From a virus (Duplodnaviria > Caudoviricetes), in the IMG/VR virus record IMGVR_UViG_3300024331_000152, positions 64,001 to 128,000 of that record: DNA of 64,000 nucleotides; one strand, written 5' to 3'. Made by a program: the position numbers and the translations under genes. Below, one piece after another: positions 17,582 to 26,886 of this stretch (positions within the stretch are counted from its first letter, which is position 1; every line of letters begins with the position of its first letter). The notes under the pieces were generated by a model. It did not search any database. It was not told where the DNA came from and worked only from the letters and a program-made list of their open reading frames with translations.

Positions 17582-18402
17582 TCGTTCCCTACACATACCG
17601 CGACACAATCCTCAAGCTCGACAACGTCTGTGTCTCGTACGACGGTCGTCCGATCTTGAAGAACGTGTGCGCGGAGATTAGGGACATTTATGTACCCGGA
17701 AAAGTAACAGGGCAAATCGTCGCCTTCCTTGGACCTTCAGGTGTTGGCAAGACGACCCTCTTCCGAAACCTTGCAGGGCTCGAACGTCCAACATTTGGAC
17801 AGATTCTGCTGGCGACGCAGAACGAGTTGGCTCCAGTCAAGGTCGGGCAGGTTGGCGTTGTCGCGCAGAGTTACCCTCTATTCGCGCACAGGACCGTGTT
17901 GGGGAACCTGATGCAGCCACTACGGCAGCATGGCGACAAGAACGCCAAGCAAGTCGCTATGGAGGCGCTGCGGCAGTTTGAGATCGAGGATAAAGCTCAC
18001 CTCTATCCCTGCCAGCTCTCCGGGGGCCAGAAACAGCGTGTAGCGATCTTGCAGATGATTCTCTGTAAAGAGCGGTTAATTCTCATGGACGAGCCGTTCT
18101 CAGGTCTCGATCTGATCAAACTGGAGAAGGCGTGCGAGCTGATCCAGCAAGCAGCAGATCTCGACGAGTTGAACACGATCATCGTGGTGACACATGACGT
18201 GACGGCGGCAGTCTCTATCGCTGATCACATCTGGTTGTTAGGACGTGACCGCGACACGCATGGTGACATCATCCCGGGCGCACGGATCGTCGATACGATT
18301 GATCTTCTGGAGCGTGGGCTCTGTTACGAGAAGGGAGCCATAACAGATCCGAAATTTACCGAAACTATACGCGAAATCAAAGAGAGGTTCAGGACCTTAT
18401 GA
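17578..18402 (+). CDS. ABC transporter ATP-binding protein
   Basis: GPSGVGKT, LSGGQKQR, LMDEPF, VTHD. Confidence 0.92.
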   Translation: MIVPYTYRDTILKLDNVCVSYDGRPILKNVCAEIRDIYVPGKVTGQIVAFLGPSGVGKTTLFRNLAGLERPTFGQILLATQNELAPVKVGQVGVVAQSYPLFAHRTVLGNLMQPLRQHGDKNAKQVAMEALRQFEIEDKAHLYPCQLSGGQKQRVAILQMILCKERLILMDEPFSGLDLIKLEKACELIQQAADLDELNTIIVVTHDVTAAVSIADHIWLLGRDRDTHGDIIPGARIVDTIDLLERGLCYEKGAITDPKFTETIREIKERFRTL

Positions 18403-18719
18403 GCGACGACAACGTTTATACCCTCACTCAGCTCCAACACGCTGAGACCGGCGATGGCCCATGGCGGCTGTACCTCTACGGCAAGAACGGATATCACAGC
18501 CGTGGAACGTGGTTTCGCAAAGGCGAGATGAAGTATCCAGACGAGGAGATCTCGTTTGATGAAGCGCGGGACCGCGAGCACTTTGCGACAAAGGCTGGGA
18601 TGGAGGTTCGCATCACGGACGGCGGTGACATGCTCGTCTTTCACTCTCAGGGCGGCAAGGTTGTATACGGCGAGAATTTCTGGAAAGAAGCGGAGGGACA
18701 CTCTGATGGGATATCGTGA
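18399..18719 (+). CDS. Hypothetical protein
   Basis: ATGA overlap with the upstream gene. Confidence 0.6.
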   Translation: MSDDNVYTLTQLQHAETGDGPWRLYLYGKNGYHSRGTWFRKGEMKYPDEEISFDEARDREHFATKAGMEVRITDGGDMLVFHSQGGKVVYGENFWKEAEGHSDGIS

Positions 18720-19077
18720 CGATTTTCGAGAAGTAGAACGCGACGGCTGGTGGACTCTGCCACGCGTTGCGCTGGCATTCCTCGCGTTGATGTGCGTCAG
18801 CTTCGTACTGACGTTTGTGTCAGATTCGTTCAATCTGATTAGTTACAAATTCTGGGCACCCAAGCAAGAAGCTGCACGCCGGAAGGTCTACGAGCAAACG
18901 AAGTCTTACCGGCAGGGATCTATCCAGAGGCTCAACACACTTTGTACTCAAGTGTCGCAGGCCGACGCAGAACACAGGCCAATGCTCAACGACGTGATTG
19001 ATCACGAATTCGCTGAATGGAACATGGACGACGTACCAGACTACTTGCAGTCATGCCTTGCGAATGCAAGGCGGTAA
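18706..19077 (+). CDS. Single-TM membrane protein
   Basis: SD GGAGGG; TM followed by AARRKVYEQTKSY. Confidence 0.65.
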   Translation: MGYRDDFREVERDGWWTLPRVALAFLALMCVSFVLTFVSDSFNLISYKFWAPKQEAARRKVYEQTKSYRQGSIQRLNTLCTQVSQADAEHRPMLNDVIDHEFAEWNMDDVPDYLQSCLANARR

Positions 19078-19086
19078 AAGGGGATC

Positions 19087-19698
19087 ATGAAAAGAATAGT
19101 GCTACTCACCGTCGCGCTGTTGATTGCGATCTGTATATCCGGATGCTACTCAACCGCCAATCAAAGCAATGACTCCAAGATCGCTCAGCAGCAGGAACGC
19201 AACCTTGCCGAAGGAGATGCGCAGGTACCTCCGCCGTCAATTGTTAATTGGAATGAAAAGCGGATGGTAAAGCTGATTCAGGAGAAGCGGGATACGCCGA
19301 ATCTCGCGACGTGGACATACACCAAAAATATGGATGGGAAGTACACGTTTGTTTGCGAATCAATCGGCTATGGCGTGCCATACAACACGCGTTCGAATAA
19401 CCCTCAACACTACGAGTTCATGACGACGCGAACGGGGGCGTACTATAACGGCAGCGGCGGGTCGGGATTTTTCACTGACGGTCAAGGCAATCGACTCTGG
19501 GGCGAGCACGCCATAGTCGCACAACCAGAGCCGAATGGACTTTTCATTCCAGACTCAGCGAAGGGAACTTGGAACCTCTGTAAAGATCCCAAAACTGGCA
19601 AGCCGGACGTGACGTATCAGGAAGAGGACATTGCGGTCTTTCCGTACAAGCTTCCGGCAGAGATGGTCGAGGGTTATCACGGCGAGCCGATAAAATAA
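19087..19698 (+). CDS. Phage lipoprotein
   Basis: Lipobox ISGC; SIGYGVPY...NP...QPEPNGLF motif. Confidence 0.75.
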   Translation: MKRIVLLTVALLIAICISGCYSTANQSNDSKIAQQQERNLAEGDAQVPPPSIVNWNEKRMVKLIQEKRDTPNLATWTYTKNMDGKYTFVCESIGYGVPYNTRSNNPQHYEFMTTRTGAYYNGSGGSGFFTDGQGNRLWGEHAIVAQPEPNGLFIPDSAKGTWNLCKDPKTGKPDVTYQEEDIAVFPYKLPAEMVEGYHGEPIK

Positions 19699-19913
19699 TG
19701 TCTCACGCCGACAGCGCTCTTCTCTGCCTGATGGCGTTCCTGACAATATTCGGTGGTGTGGTGATCGTAATTTTGCGCAGGAGGAGACGATGATTCCACC
19801 GATGTGGGAAAGAGATCCTGAACCTGAACCAGTTTTAACCGCCCTCTTTGCGCTGTGGATTTTGATCCTACTGGTTCTAGCGATACGCGCTTGGTAATTC
19901 CTTGGAGGGATCA

Positions 19914-20957
19914 TTGAGTCTGCAAATCATCATAGAGAAGCTGGATACAGCGTGTTGTCCTGAGGATGTCTTTACCGACATCACAAAGGACTACCGCAAT
20001 CTAGCCAAGATCTGTCATCCAGACAGAAACAACGGCGATCCTCTCGCAGAGCAGGCTTTTCAGAAACTGAATGCGATGAAAGAGGAGGCAGACAAGCGTG
20101 CCGACAATAAGACGTGGGGCAAACGCTTGCCGTTGGCGCACTGCGTCCCGCTGGAGATTGGCGCTTATAAAGTAAAGCGCTCGCCTTACATTGGCGACAT
20201 TGCGGATCTCTACCGAGTAGAGAATAAGACGCACATCGTGAAGGTGGCGCGCAGTGCGGATGATAACGATCTACTGCGAGCAGAGCAGCGCGCGCTGGAG
20301 TTGATGAGCACGATTACAACGCCAGTACGTGACGGTGTGCCGCGCCTTCATGACAAATTCCAGATCGACGGAACGTGGAAGCGTGAAGTGAATGTGATCA
20401 CACAGTTTTCCGGATTCTGGACTGCCGCCGAGATCCATTCGGTAACTCATATCGACGACCGCACAATGGTCTGGATGTTCAAACGCATCCTTGCTGTGCT
20501 CACATGGGCTCATCATTACAAGATCATTCATGGCGCGATCTTGCCGCCACATGTGATGTTCTATCCGGATAACGATGGTAGCAATGTTGATCCCCGCAAA
20601 CACACAGTGCGACTTATTGACTGGTGTTACTCAGTAGACTATGAGAAGCGTACGCGGCTGTCTGCGTGGGTACCGGCATGGAAGGATTATTATGCGCCGG
20701 AACTTCTTGACAAGTCGTACGTCGGGCCTGAATCTGACATCTACATGGCAGCGCAGCTCATGATCTACCTGCTGCAAAAAACGCTGTTCATGCCAGAACT
20801 GCAAAAGGTGATTTTGAAGTGCCTTGAGAAAGATCCAAAGAAGCGCTACCGGAAGGCCGGAGATGCTTTGAAGGATTGGACTGAGGCGGCTGTGAAGGCG
20901 TTCGGCCCGCCTAAGTGGCATGAGTTTAATTTGCCGACAACCCCATCCGGGAGGTAG
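19914..20957 (+). CDS. J-domain plus Ser/Thr kinase-like protein
   Basis: YRNLAKICHPD J-domain motif; kinase-like IVKVA, IIHGAILPPH, LIDW, YAPE, SDIYM. Confidence 0.8.
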   Translation: MSLQIIIEKLDTACCPEDVFTDITKDYRNLAKICHPDRNNGDPLAEQAFQKLNAMKEEADKRADNKTWGKRLPLAHCVPLEIGAYKVKRSPYIGDIADLYRVENKTHIVKVARSADDNDLLRAEQRALELMSTITTPVRDGVPRLHDKFQIDGTWKREVNVITQFSGFWTAAEIHSVTHIDDRTMVWMFKRILAVLTWAHHYKIIHGAILPPHVMFYPDNDGSNVDPRKHTVRLIDWCYSVDYEKRTRLSAWVPAWKDYYAPELLDKSYVGPESDIYMAAQLMIYLLQKTLFMPELQKVILKCLEKDPKKRYRKAGDALKDWTEAAVKAFGPPKWHEFNLPTTPSGR

Positions 20958-20961
20958 GAAA

Positions 20962-21906
20962 ATGGGCGCTGGTAGTTGGGATAGCGGAGCGTATTCAAGC
21001 TCCAAGTCAACACGTGCTGCAACAGGAACATCGGCATTTGCCTACAGTTCCAGAGCATCGTCTGTGCATGCGGATCTCGATCCCATGCGAATCAACAAGA
21101 AGCCATTCGGCAAGCTGGAGTCACGCGACTCTGCCGATCATCCTGAGTCCAATGCCGTCTTCGTCTGCTTTGATGTGACGGGATCGAATAAGGCCCGGGC
21201 GGTGGATGCGCAGGACCGGCTACCAAATCTGATGGACCTCCTGAACAAGTATCTGGTCGATCCTCAGGTGGCTGTTGCTGCCAACGACGATTACAAAGTC
21301 GAAGGAAAGAATGCGGTCCAGATATCGGAATTCGAGACCGACAATCGCATTGACGATCACATTCAGAAGATCTGGCTGGTCGGCGACGGCGGCGGCAATG
21401 ATGGCGAGAGCTATGATCTACTGCTCTACGCCGCTGCGCGCAAGATGGTGCTTGACTGCGTGGAGAAGCGCGGCAAAAAGGGGTACATGTTCATGTACGC
21501 CGATGAGCCGATCTTCGCCTCAGTCAGTAAGCATGAAGTGAAGGATATCTTCGGCGACGATCTGGAGAAGGATATTCCGATTGCCGAGATCATCGAAGAA
21601 GCACGCCGGAACTTCAACATCTTCATGATCTGGCCAGATCGCGGGTACGATCATGCGCGCAAGCAGTACATCAATCTGTTCGGTGCTGAGTTTGTTCTCG
21701 ATCTACAGCATCCGAATCTTATCTGCGAGCTGATTGCCTCCACAGTCGGCCTTTACGAGGCCAAGGTGACGCCGGACGATGCTGTTACAGATCTCGTAGC
21801 GGTTGGTGTTGGCGATGCTGAGGCTCGGGCTCTGGTGAAACATGTTGGGGCAGCAGTATCCTCTCAGCTTGCAACCTCAGGGGCAGGAAAGGCAGCACGT
21901 CTCTAG
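20962..21906 (+). CDS. vWA (MIDAS) domain protein
   Basis: MGAGSW start, FDVTGS MIDAS, GGGNDGESY, YADE. Confidence 0.8.
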   Translation: MGAGSWDSGAYSSSKSTRAATGTSAFAYSSRASSVHADLDPMRINKKPFGKLESRDSADHPESNAVFVCFDVTGSNKARAVDAQDRLPNLMDLLNKYLVDPQVAVAANDDYKVEGKNAVQISEFETDNRIDDHIQKIWLVGDGGGNDGESYDLLLYAAARKMVLDCVEKRGKKGYMFMYADEPIFASVSKHEVKDIFGDDLEKDIPIAEIIEEARRNFNIFMIWPDRGYDHARKQYINLFGAEFVLDLQHPNLICELIASTVGLYEAKVTPDDAVTDLVAVGVGDAEARALVKHVGAAVSSQLATSGAGKAARL

Positions 21907-22562
21907 GCTCTCTTTCGGGATACCCAAGCGGCAGCACGGCGCAGCCGCTTGGGATCATCTTGAAATTGACCCAGACCCATATTACAAGGCCCACAGAGAA
22001 TACCTCTGACACACTTGCGACAGTATTTACCGTTAGGACAGCAAAGATGAGAATGATCGATAACCCAACCTTTAGCTCCCGGGTCGTGGGTATGGCATAT
22101 ACCGCAACCCTTTTTTACCTGTTTTTCGTACCATTCGACACTCAATCCATGGCGACGAATTCGCTCATGTCTGCGCCCAGCTCTATCTGCGCAATATTCT
22201 GCTTTGCAGCGTGCGCGCGTCTCTGCCAGCGAACGTTGATGAGCGCGTCTGCACCGCGCTCTATGACAAACAGCTTTCTTCATGCCTTTCAGGTAAATAT
22301 CTGGAGAGATCTTGCTTTCACAGTAGAAGCACTGATATTGCTTATTCAATCTTTCATAGCGTATGCCGCGCTTGTTGTAGTGAGAAAGCCTCAGGCCGCG
22401 CTTGCGCGCTGTAGTGGCGCGCTGATTGCGACCCTCTCGGTTTTGCGCTTTACATTTGTCACACGTAGGCATTGTGCCTACTCTGCTAATTCGGCGCACA
22501 GCAGTAATTTTGCATTGTGGACAAAAACCACGATTGCCGATTACGTTCTTGGAATAGGGCAT
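21903..22562 (-). CDS. Endonuclease VII-domain homing endonuclease, antisense in the operon
   Basis: GCGIC...IDHSH...VRGILCGPCNMGLGQFQDDP. Confidence 0.85.
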   Translation of the reverse strand: MPYSKNVIGNRGFCPQCKITAVRRISRVGTMPTCDKCKAQNREGRNQRATTARKRGLRLSHYNKRGIRYERLNKQYQCFYCESKISPDIYLKGMKKAVCHRARCRRAHQRSLAETRARCKAEYCADRAGRRHERIRRHGLSVEWYEKQVKKGCGICHTHDPGAKGWVIDHSHLCCPNGKYCRKCVRGILCGPCNMGLGQFQDDPKRLRRAAAWVSRKRA

Positions 22563-22576
22563 GAAAGGAGCTTACC

Positions 22577-23842
22577 ATGCAAGCTTTCTGCCTAGCAGGC
22601 ATGGGTTTTGGGGATGAAGCTAAAGGAGCCGCGACCGACAGTTTGGCCCGCCAATTTCCCGGCGAAGACGTCCTGATTGTCCGTTACAATGGCGGCTGTC
22701 AAAGTGCCCACAACGTGGTCACGCCGGAAGGCAGACACCACACGTTTTCTCAGTTCGGCGCAGGCATGCTGGCGAGCGACAAAGCGCGGACGCATCTGTC
22801 TCGCTTTATGCTGGTTGAACCGTTCTCAATGATCAATGAGTCCCGGGCTCTGAACGCGCTTACACCGTTCGTCTGGGGCCGCACCACGGTAGATGCTCGC
22901 GCGCCGATCATCACGCCGTTCTGTAAATATCTCAACCAGCTTCGCGAGCGATCACGTGGCAAGAACCGGCACGGTAGTTGTGGTCGTGGTATTGGCGTCA
23001 CGCGCGAGCTTCAGATCCGATTCAACGACGACGAGCGAGTCCTGCGTGCAGGCGATCTCCGGGATGAGAAGCTGACGTTCGAAAAACTCATGATCCAGCT
23101 CAAGGCAATCTTCGATGAGATGCAGGATCTTGAACAGCAAGTCGGCGAAGATCCGTCGTCAGAGCGTGAGCACCGCAGGGCGATCCTCGAATGGGTAACC
23201 CGCTACGGCGTATGGCCAGCCAAGATTGTGGACGAGATGCCGAAGTTTACAATCGCAATCTTCGAGGGCGCGCAGGGTGTCATGCTGGATGAGACGTACG
23301 GCACGGCACCGCACAACACGTGGACGAATACCACGTTCGAGAATGCGGACACGCTTTTAGATGAGGCTGGGGTTGACAAATACAGCCGCTACAACATTGG
23401 CTGCTTCCGTACCTACTACACGCGCCATGGGCATGGTCCGTTTCCGACCGAAGATCCCGCACTGGATCTACCAGAAGAGCACAATAACGACAGTGGATTT
23501 CAGGGAGTATTTCGTCGCGGCCACTTCGACTTCACGCTTGCGAATAGCGCGTATCAGGTTGTCGGAGGACTAGACGGAATTGCTCTGAGTCATCTTGACT
23601 ATTTACCTCGGATGGGATGGGATGAGAATGATTTCATCGCGTCGATCAAAGCAAATCTGGGCACGCCGATCTGCATGACAGGCAGAGGGCCAACCGCAGC
23701 AGAACGAGTGTGGAATAAAAAATTCGAGGTGAGCAATGGACGTCCTGCATCAAGTTCTGAAGGAACTCAAGCCGGGGGAGGAGATCCTGTGCTCACTCCA
23801 AACATTCCAGCGGATCAAAGAGAGGTTGAACGACTTCCGTAA
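22577..23842 (+). CDS. purA: Adenylosuccinate synthetase-like protein
   Basis: GMGFGDEAKG, RYNGGCQSAHNV, HGSCGRGIG, FEGAQGVMLD, YYTRHGHGPFPTE. Confidence 0.8.
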   Translation: MQAFCLAGMGFGDEAKGAATDSLARQFPGEDVLIVRYNGGCQSAHNVVTPEGRHHTFSQFGAGMLASDKARTHLSRFMLVEPFSMINESRALNALTPFVWGRTTVDARAPIITPFCKYLNQLRERSRGKNRHGSCGRGIGVTRELQIRFNDDERVLRAGDLRDEKLTFEKLMIQLKAIFDEMQDLEQQVGEDPSSEREHRRAILEWVTRYGVWPAKIVDEMPKFTIAIFEGAQGVMLDETYGTAPHNTWTNTTFENADTLLDEAGVDKYSRYNIGCFRTYYTRHGHGPFPTEDPALDLPEEHNNDSGFQGVFRRGHFDFTLANSAYQVVGGLDGIALSHLDYLPRMGWDENDFIASIKANLGTPICMTGRGPTAAERVWNKKFEVSNGRPASSSEGTQAGGGDPVLTPNIPADQREVERLP

Positions 23843-23921
23843 AAGAAACAGTCAGATCTTGTTGATCGTTCGTCCAGATACTGGATTTCAACGAATCAAA
23901 CGAAAGGAATAAGTTTTTTGG

Positions 23922-24131
23922 GGCGAGGTATGGCCGGGTCAGGTAAGGTCGGCTGGGGTGAGGTACGGTCTGGTGTGGCGAGCTTATGCTCGGTTGGTTG
24001 TGGTGAGGCTAGGTCTGGCAGGCCACGGCGAGGTGCGGTGAGTCGGGGCGAGGTCGGGTCCGGCAAGGTAAGTTGTGGTGCGGTAAGGCTGGCTCTGGCG
24101 CGGTAAGGTTAGGCGAGATGTGGTTAGGCAA
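23922..24131 (+). ncRNA. GGY-NN pentamer array, 42 in-phase pentamers
   Basis: 33 of 42 pentamers start GGY and all 42 have a pyrimidine at position 3; immediately upstream of the second RAMP-like gene. Confidence 0.8.
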
Positions 24132-24155
24132 TTTCAATTCCGGGAGAATTGAGAC

Positions 24156-24797
24156 ATGGCAAGAGGAACGGCAACAATGGTAAACGAGCCGACCAATGGG
24201 GCGGCTGAGGCGATTGCGACTGGACTTCCTTACATCGTCAACGTGACGATTGAAGGCACAGCAGATCTTCTTCTTCATAGCTGGAGTTGCGAAGCCGTAG
24301 AAGAGAAGGCGACAGCAAAGAAGGGATCAGCAGCGAAGAAGACAGATAATTTGGAAAGTTACGTACGTCGCAACGACGATGGCGTAATCTGTCTGCCAAG
24401 CGAATATCTTCGCATGAGTGTCGTAAACGCCGCGAAGTATCGGCAGGACCCGCGATCTCCTCGAAAGTCCGCGATGGATTTATTTAAGGCCGCGCTTATT
24501 AGCCTTGAGCCCCTCTGCCCGATTACTACGGCGGCTGGAGATCTTCCGAGGGTTTGGGAATACGAACATAAGTGTCGCGTGCAAGTGCAGCGCAACGGCA
24601 TCACGCGCGTGCGGCCTGCGTTCCGTGAAGGATGGCGAGTAGATGTACCACTGATGGTAAACTTGCCGGAATATATTCCGACAAAAGACCTGAGCGACAC
24701 GATCACGCAAGCCGGTAAGTTGATAGGTGTGGGAGATTTTCGTCCGTCATATGGACGCTTCCATATTTTAAGTTTTGAAGTTCAGAAAGCGGAATAA
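24156..24797 (+). CDS. RAMP/Cas7-like RNA-binding protein (Vipr-like effector 2)
   Basis: IEGTADLLLH, CLPSEYLRMSVVNAA, RVRPAFREGW, AGKLIGVGDFRPSYGRF; motif order matches 7753..8421. Confidence 0.7.
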   Translation: MARGTATMVNEPTNGAAEAIATGLPYIVNVTIEGTADLLLHSWSCEAVEEKATAKKGSAAKKTDNLESYVRRNDDGVICLPSEYLRMSVVNAAKYRQDPRSPRKSAMDLFKAALISLEPLCPITTAAGDLPRVWEYEHKCRVQVQRNGITRVRPAFREGWRVDVPLMVNLPEYIPTKDLSDTITQAGKLIGVGDFRPSYGRFHILSFEVQKAE

Positions 24798-24798
24798 T

Positions 24799-24890
24799 GG
24801 TTATGCTTTGGCATGCTGAGGTCAGGCGAGCCGAGGTCTGGTCAGGCCCGGTTTAGGCACGGTTTGGCTGGGTGTGGTTTGGTATGGGCA
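24799..24890 (+). ncRNA. GGY-NN pentamer tract downstream of effector 2
   Basis: gcttt ggcat gctga ggtca ggcga gccga ggtct ggtca ggccc ggttt-a ggcac ggttt ggctg ggtgt ggttt ggtat. Confidence 0.7.
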
Positions 24891-24913
24891 GTAAAAAGAT
24901 GGAGGAATTTAAT

Positions 24914-25171
24914 ATGCTGATGGAAACAGAAGTTTTCCCGGAAACCGGAAGCGTGTTGTGTGTTTTAGACGAGAGCGGTGATTCGCGGTTTATGTGGGAT
25001 AAGGATGACCCGGCGCAGATCGCGAAGGCTCAGGCGAAGTTTAACGAGATGAAGGGGAAGGGCTACGTCGCATACCGCGTCAACAAGAAGGGCGGCATGG
25101 GCGAGGTGATCGCGGCGTTCGATCCGAACGATGAGCGAGTTATTATGCACCGCGCTCTTGTCGGTGGATAG
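24914..25171 (+). CDS. Small protein ending in Gly-Gly
   Basis: SD GGAGG; C-terminus ALVGG. Confidence 0.7.
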   Translation: MLMETEVFPETGSVLCVLDESGDSRFMWDKDDPAQIAKAQAKFNEMKGKGYVAYRVNKKGGMGEVIAAFDPNDERVIMHRALVGG

Positions 25172-25336
25172 CGTCTGGTGTATCCGGTGCGGATGGAGAG
25201 TGCATAAAATCCGCGCAGATGAGGTTGTGCATAAAGTTCTTGTCGGGAAGAAGTGCTACGACGGGGATGCTCAGCCTTCGCTGGTTATCTGGAAGTGGGT
25301 TAACGCGCGTGGTTGCTATGGCTACGCATCGGGAGA

Positions 25337-25840
25337 ATGACAATGTGTCTGAGCAGAATCACAGAGAGCTATGAGCCGCCGTGCCCGATGATCACGGACG
25401 GCTGGAAGCAGTTCAGTGGAAGCGAATCGAAGCCTACGTTCCAAAGCTTTGCCCTTAACGGAAAGAGTGAAGTCCCTCTCGATAAGTGGCTGAGAGCTTC
25501 AAACGACAGGGCTCCGAATGGTGTCAAGGCAAACGACGGGAAACTCTATGATCCCGGCTTCCACGTCTACGCGAACGAGCCAAAATCTACCAAGGGATAT
25601 CGGCGCGTATTTGTGCGGAACATCTCATGTCGTGGCGATGACTCGGGACAAGAAGTCATTATCGCGCAGGAGATCTACGTCTCGTCAGATCCGAATGGCT
25701 GGCCTCCGAAGGGGAACGAACCAAAGTCTGGCGGCGGTGACGGCGGTCCTGACAAGCCGCGCCCGAACCCAATCAAAAAGATGATCGACAAGACCATTGC
25801 CGACATGAAGGGTCTAGGCGTTACGCCGGGTCAAGCCTGA
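25337..25840 (+). CDS. Hypothetical protein
   Basis: MCLS...YDPGFHVY motif; SD GGGAG. Confidence 0.65.
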   Translation: MTMCLSRITESYEPPCPMITDGWKQFSGSESKPTFQSFALNGKSEVPLDKWLRASNDRAPNGVKANDGKLYDPGFHVYANEPKSTKGYRRVFVRNISCRGDDSGQEVIIAQEIYVSSDPNGWPPKGNEPKSGGGDGGPDKPRPNPIKKMIDKTIADMKGLGVTPGQA

Positions 25841-26388
25841 TGCCTCCAATCTTCGATTTCGGTGCAGCTCTACAAGGGCCGGTGACGACCAGTTCGAATG
25901 CAAACTTCTACAACGTGAGTATCGATCAAGCTTACGGGTTAGACAGCACCGCATTCCAGACGCTCTATGCTGCGCTCGGGAATGTCATATACGGAAATTA
26001 TGTGACAACAGCTCCCGCGCAAACACCAGAGCAGCGCGAGGCATGGGTTAAGGCTGAAGCGGAACGCGCGGCAAAGATAAACGCAGCAACAAAACGTGCT
26101 GAGAATCTCATGTTCTCGATCCTCAAGCCGGAGCAAGTTCGTCAGTATCAAGACACCGGCTATTTTGAAACCGAGATCGATGACCGCGTGTACCGGATTC
26201 ACAAGCGCTCGCACTCGGCAAATGTCGAGCTGATCGTTGGCGGCAAGCCGATTGCGAAATATTGCGTGCACCCATCAAACTGCTACTCGACGCCGGTTCA
26301 AGACACGATGATCTCGCAACTTCTGAAGCTGCACTCCGATGAGGCTGGCTTCTTGAAAACGGCTAATAAAACGGTTTTGTACGGGTAA
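25840..26388 (+). CDS. Hypothetical protein with CVHP motif
   Basis: YCVHP...DTMISQLLKLHSDEAGFLKTAN. Confidence 0.7.
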   Translation: MPPIFDFGAALQGPVTTSSNANFYNVSIDQAYGLDSTAFQTLYAALGNVIYGNYVTTAPAQTPEQREAWVKAEAERAAKINAATKRAENLMFSILKPEQVRQYQDTGYFETEIDDRVYRIHKRSHSANVELIVGGKPIAKYCVHPSNCYSTPVQDTMISQLLKLHSDEAGFLKTANKTVLYG

Positions 26389-26404
26389 GAGAAAGGAGAT
26401 TGGC

Positions 26405-26854
26405 ATGACACAAGTAGCTCTAAATCTTGTTCAGAAAATGTTCCCGTCAGTTACGAAGGTTATTGATGGGAAATCAGATATTCACGTTGAAGTCAACAAG
26501 CGAGATGCCTCGTCAAAGGCAGTACGGGATCATAAAGAGTGTGCGCTCGCGCAAGCATGCAGGCGTACTTTAGATCTCGACGGCGCGATCATCTCTCGAA
26601 GCGTAGCCTACCTCATCAAAGGACGAACTGCCACACGCTATCGCGTACCCAGCTCCGCGACCAGAGAGATCATTGCCTTTGACCGAGGGGCAGCTTTCGT
26701 ACCGGGCGATTACATGCTAAAGAGGGTTCCCAAACCGATGCGTTTTGGTGAGAAAAGAAGTGGCGGAAAAACGAAACCACCAAAGCGTAAGAATCGCCGT
26801 CCCGTATTTCGTCACGTTACCGAGGGTATAAGAAGCTCTTTATTGGAGAGCTGA
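26405..26854 (+). CDS. Hypothetical protein
   Basis: SD AAGGAG; CALAQAC motif. Confidence 0.7.
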   Translation: MTQVALNLVQKMFPSVTKVIDGKSDIHVEVNKRDASSKAVRDHKECALAQACRRTLDLDGAIISRSVAYLIKGRTATRYRVPSSATREIIAFDRGAAFVPGDYMLKRVPKPMRFGEKRSGGKTKPPKRKNRRPVFRHVTEGIRSSLLES

Positions 26855-26886
26855 TGTTTGACAGGCTGTAATGTCTAAGGGGGGCG

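Noticed and set aside
21960-22595. Plus-strand 211-aa ORF and other long antisense ORFs (e.g. 1447..2184, 13059..13772, 38954..39808)
   Set aside because: Shadows of well-supported genes on the opposite strand
22577-23842. PurZ / 2-aminoadenine genome
   Set aside because: The N-terminal motif keeps Asp (GDEAKG) rather than the PurZ Ser, and no DatZ or MazZ was recognised in the window
23918-24106. 62-aa Gly/Arg-rich ORF
   Set aside because: By-product of the GGY-NN repeat; a 5-nt period is not codon-compatible
23922-24131. Simple microsatellite or G-quadruplex as sole explanation
   Set aside because: Positions 4-5 are highly variable, unlike slippage satellites, and the tracts recur next to the same protein family; two-tier G4 formation is not excluded as a side property
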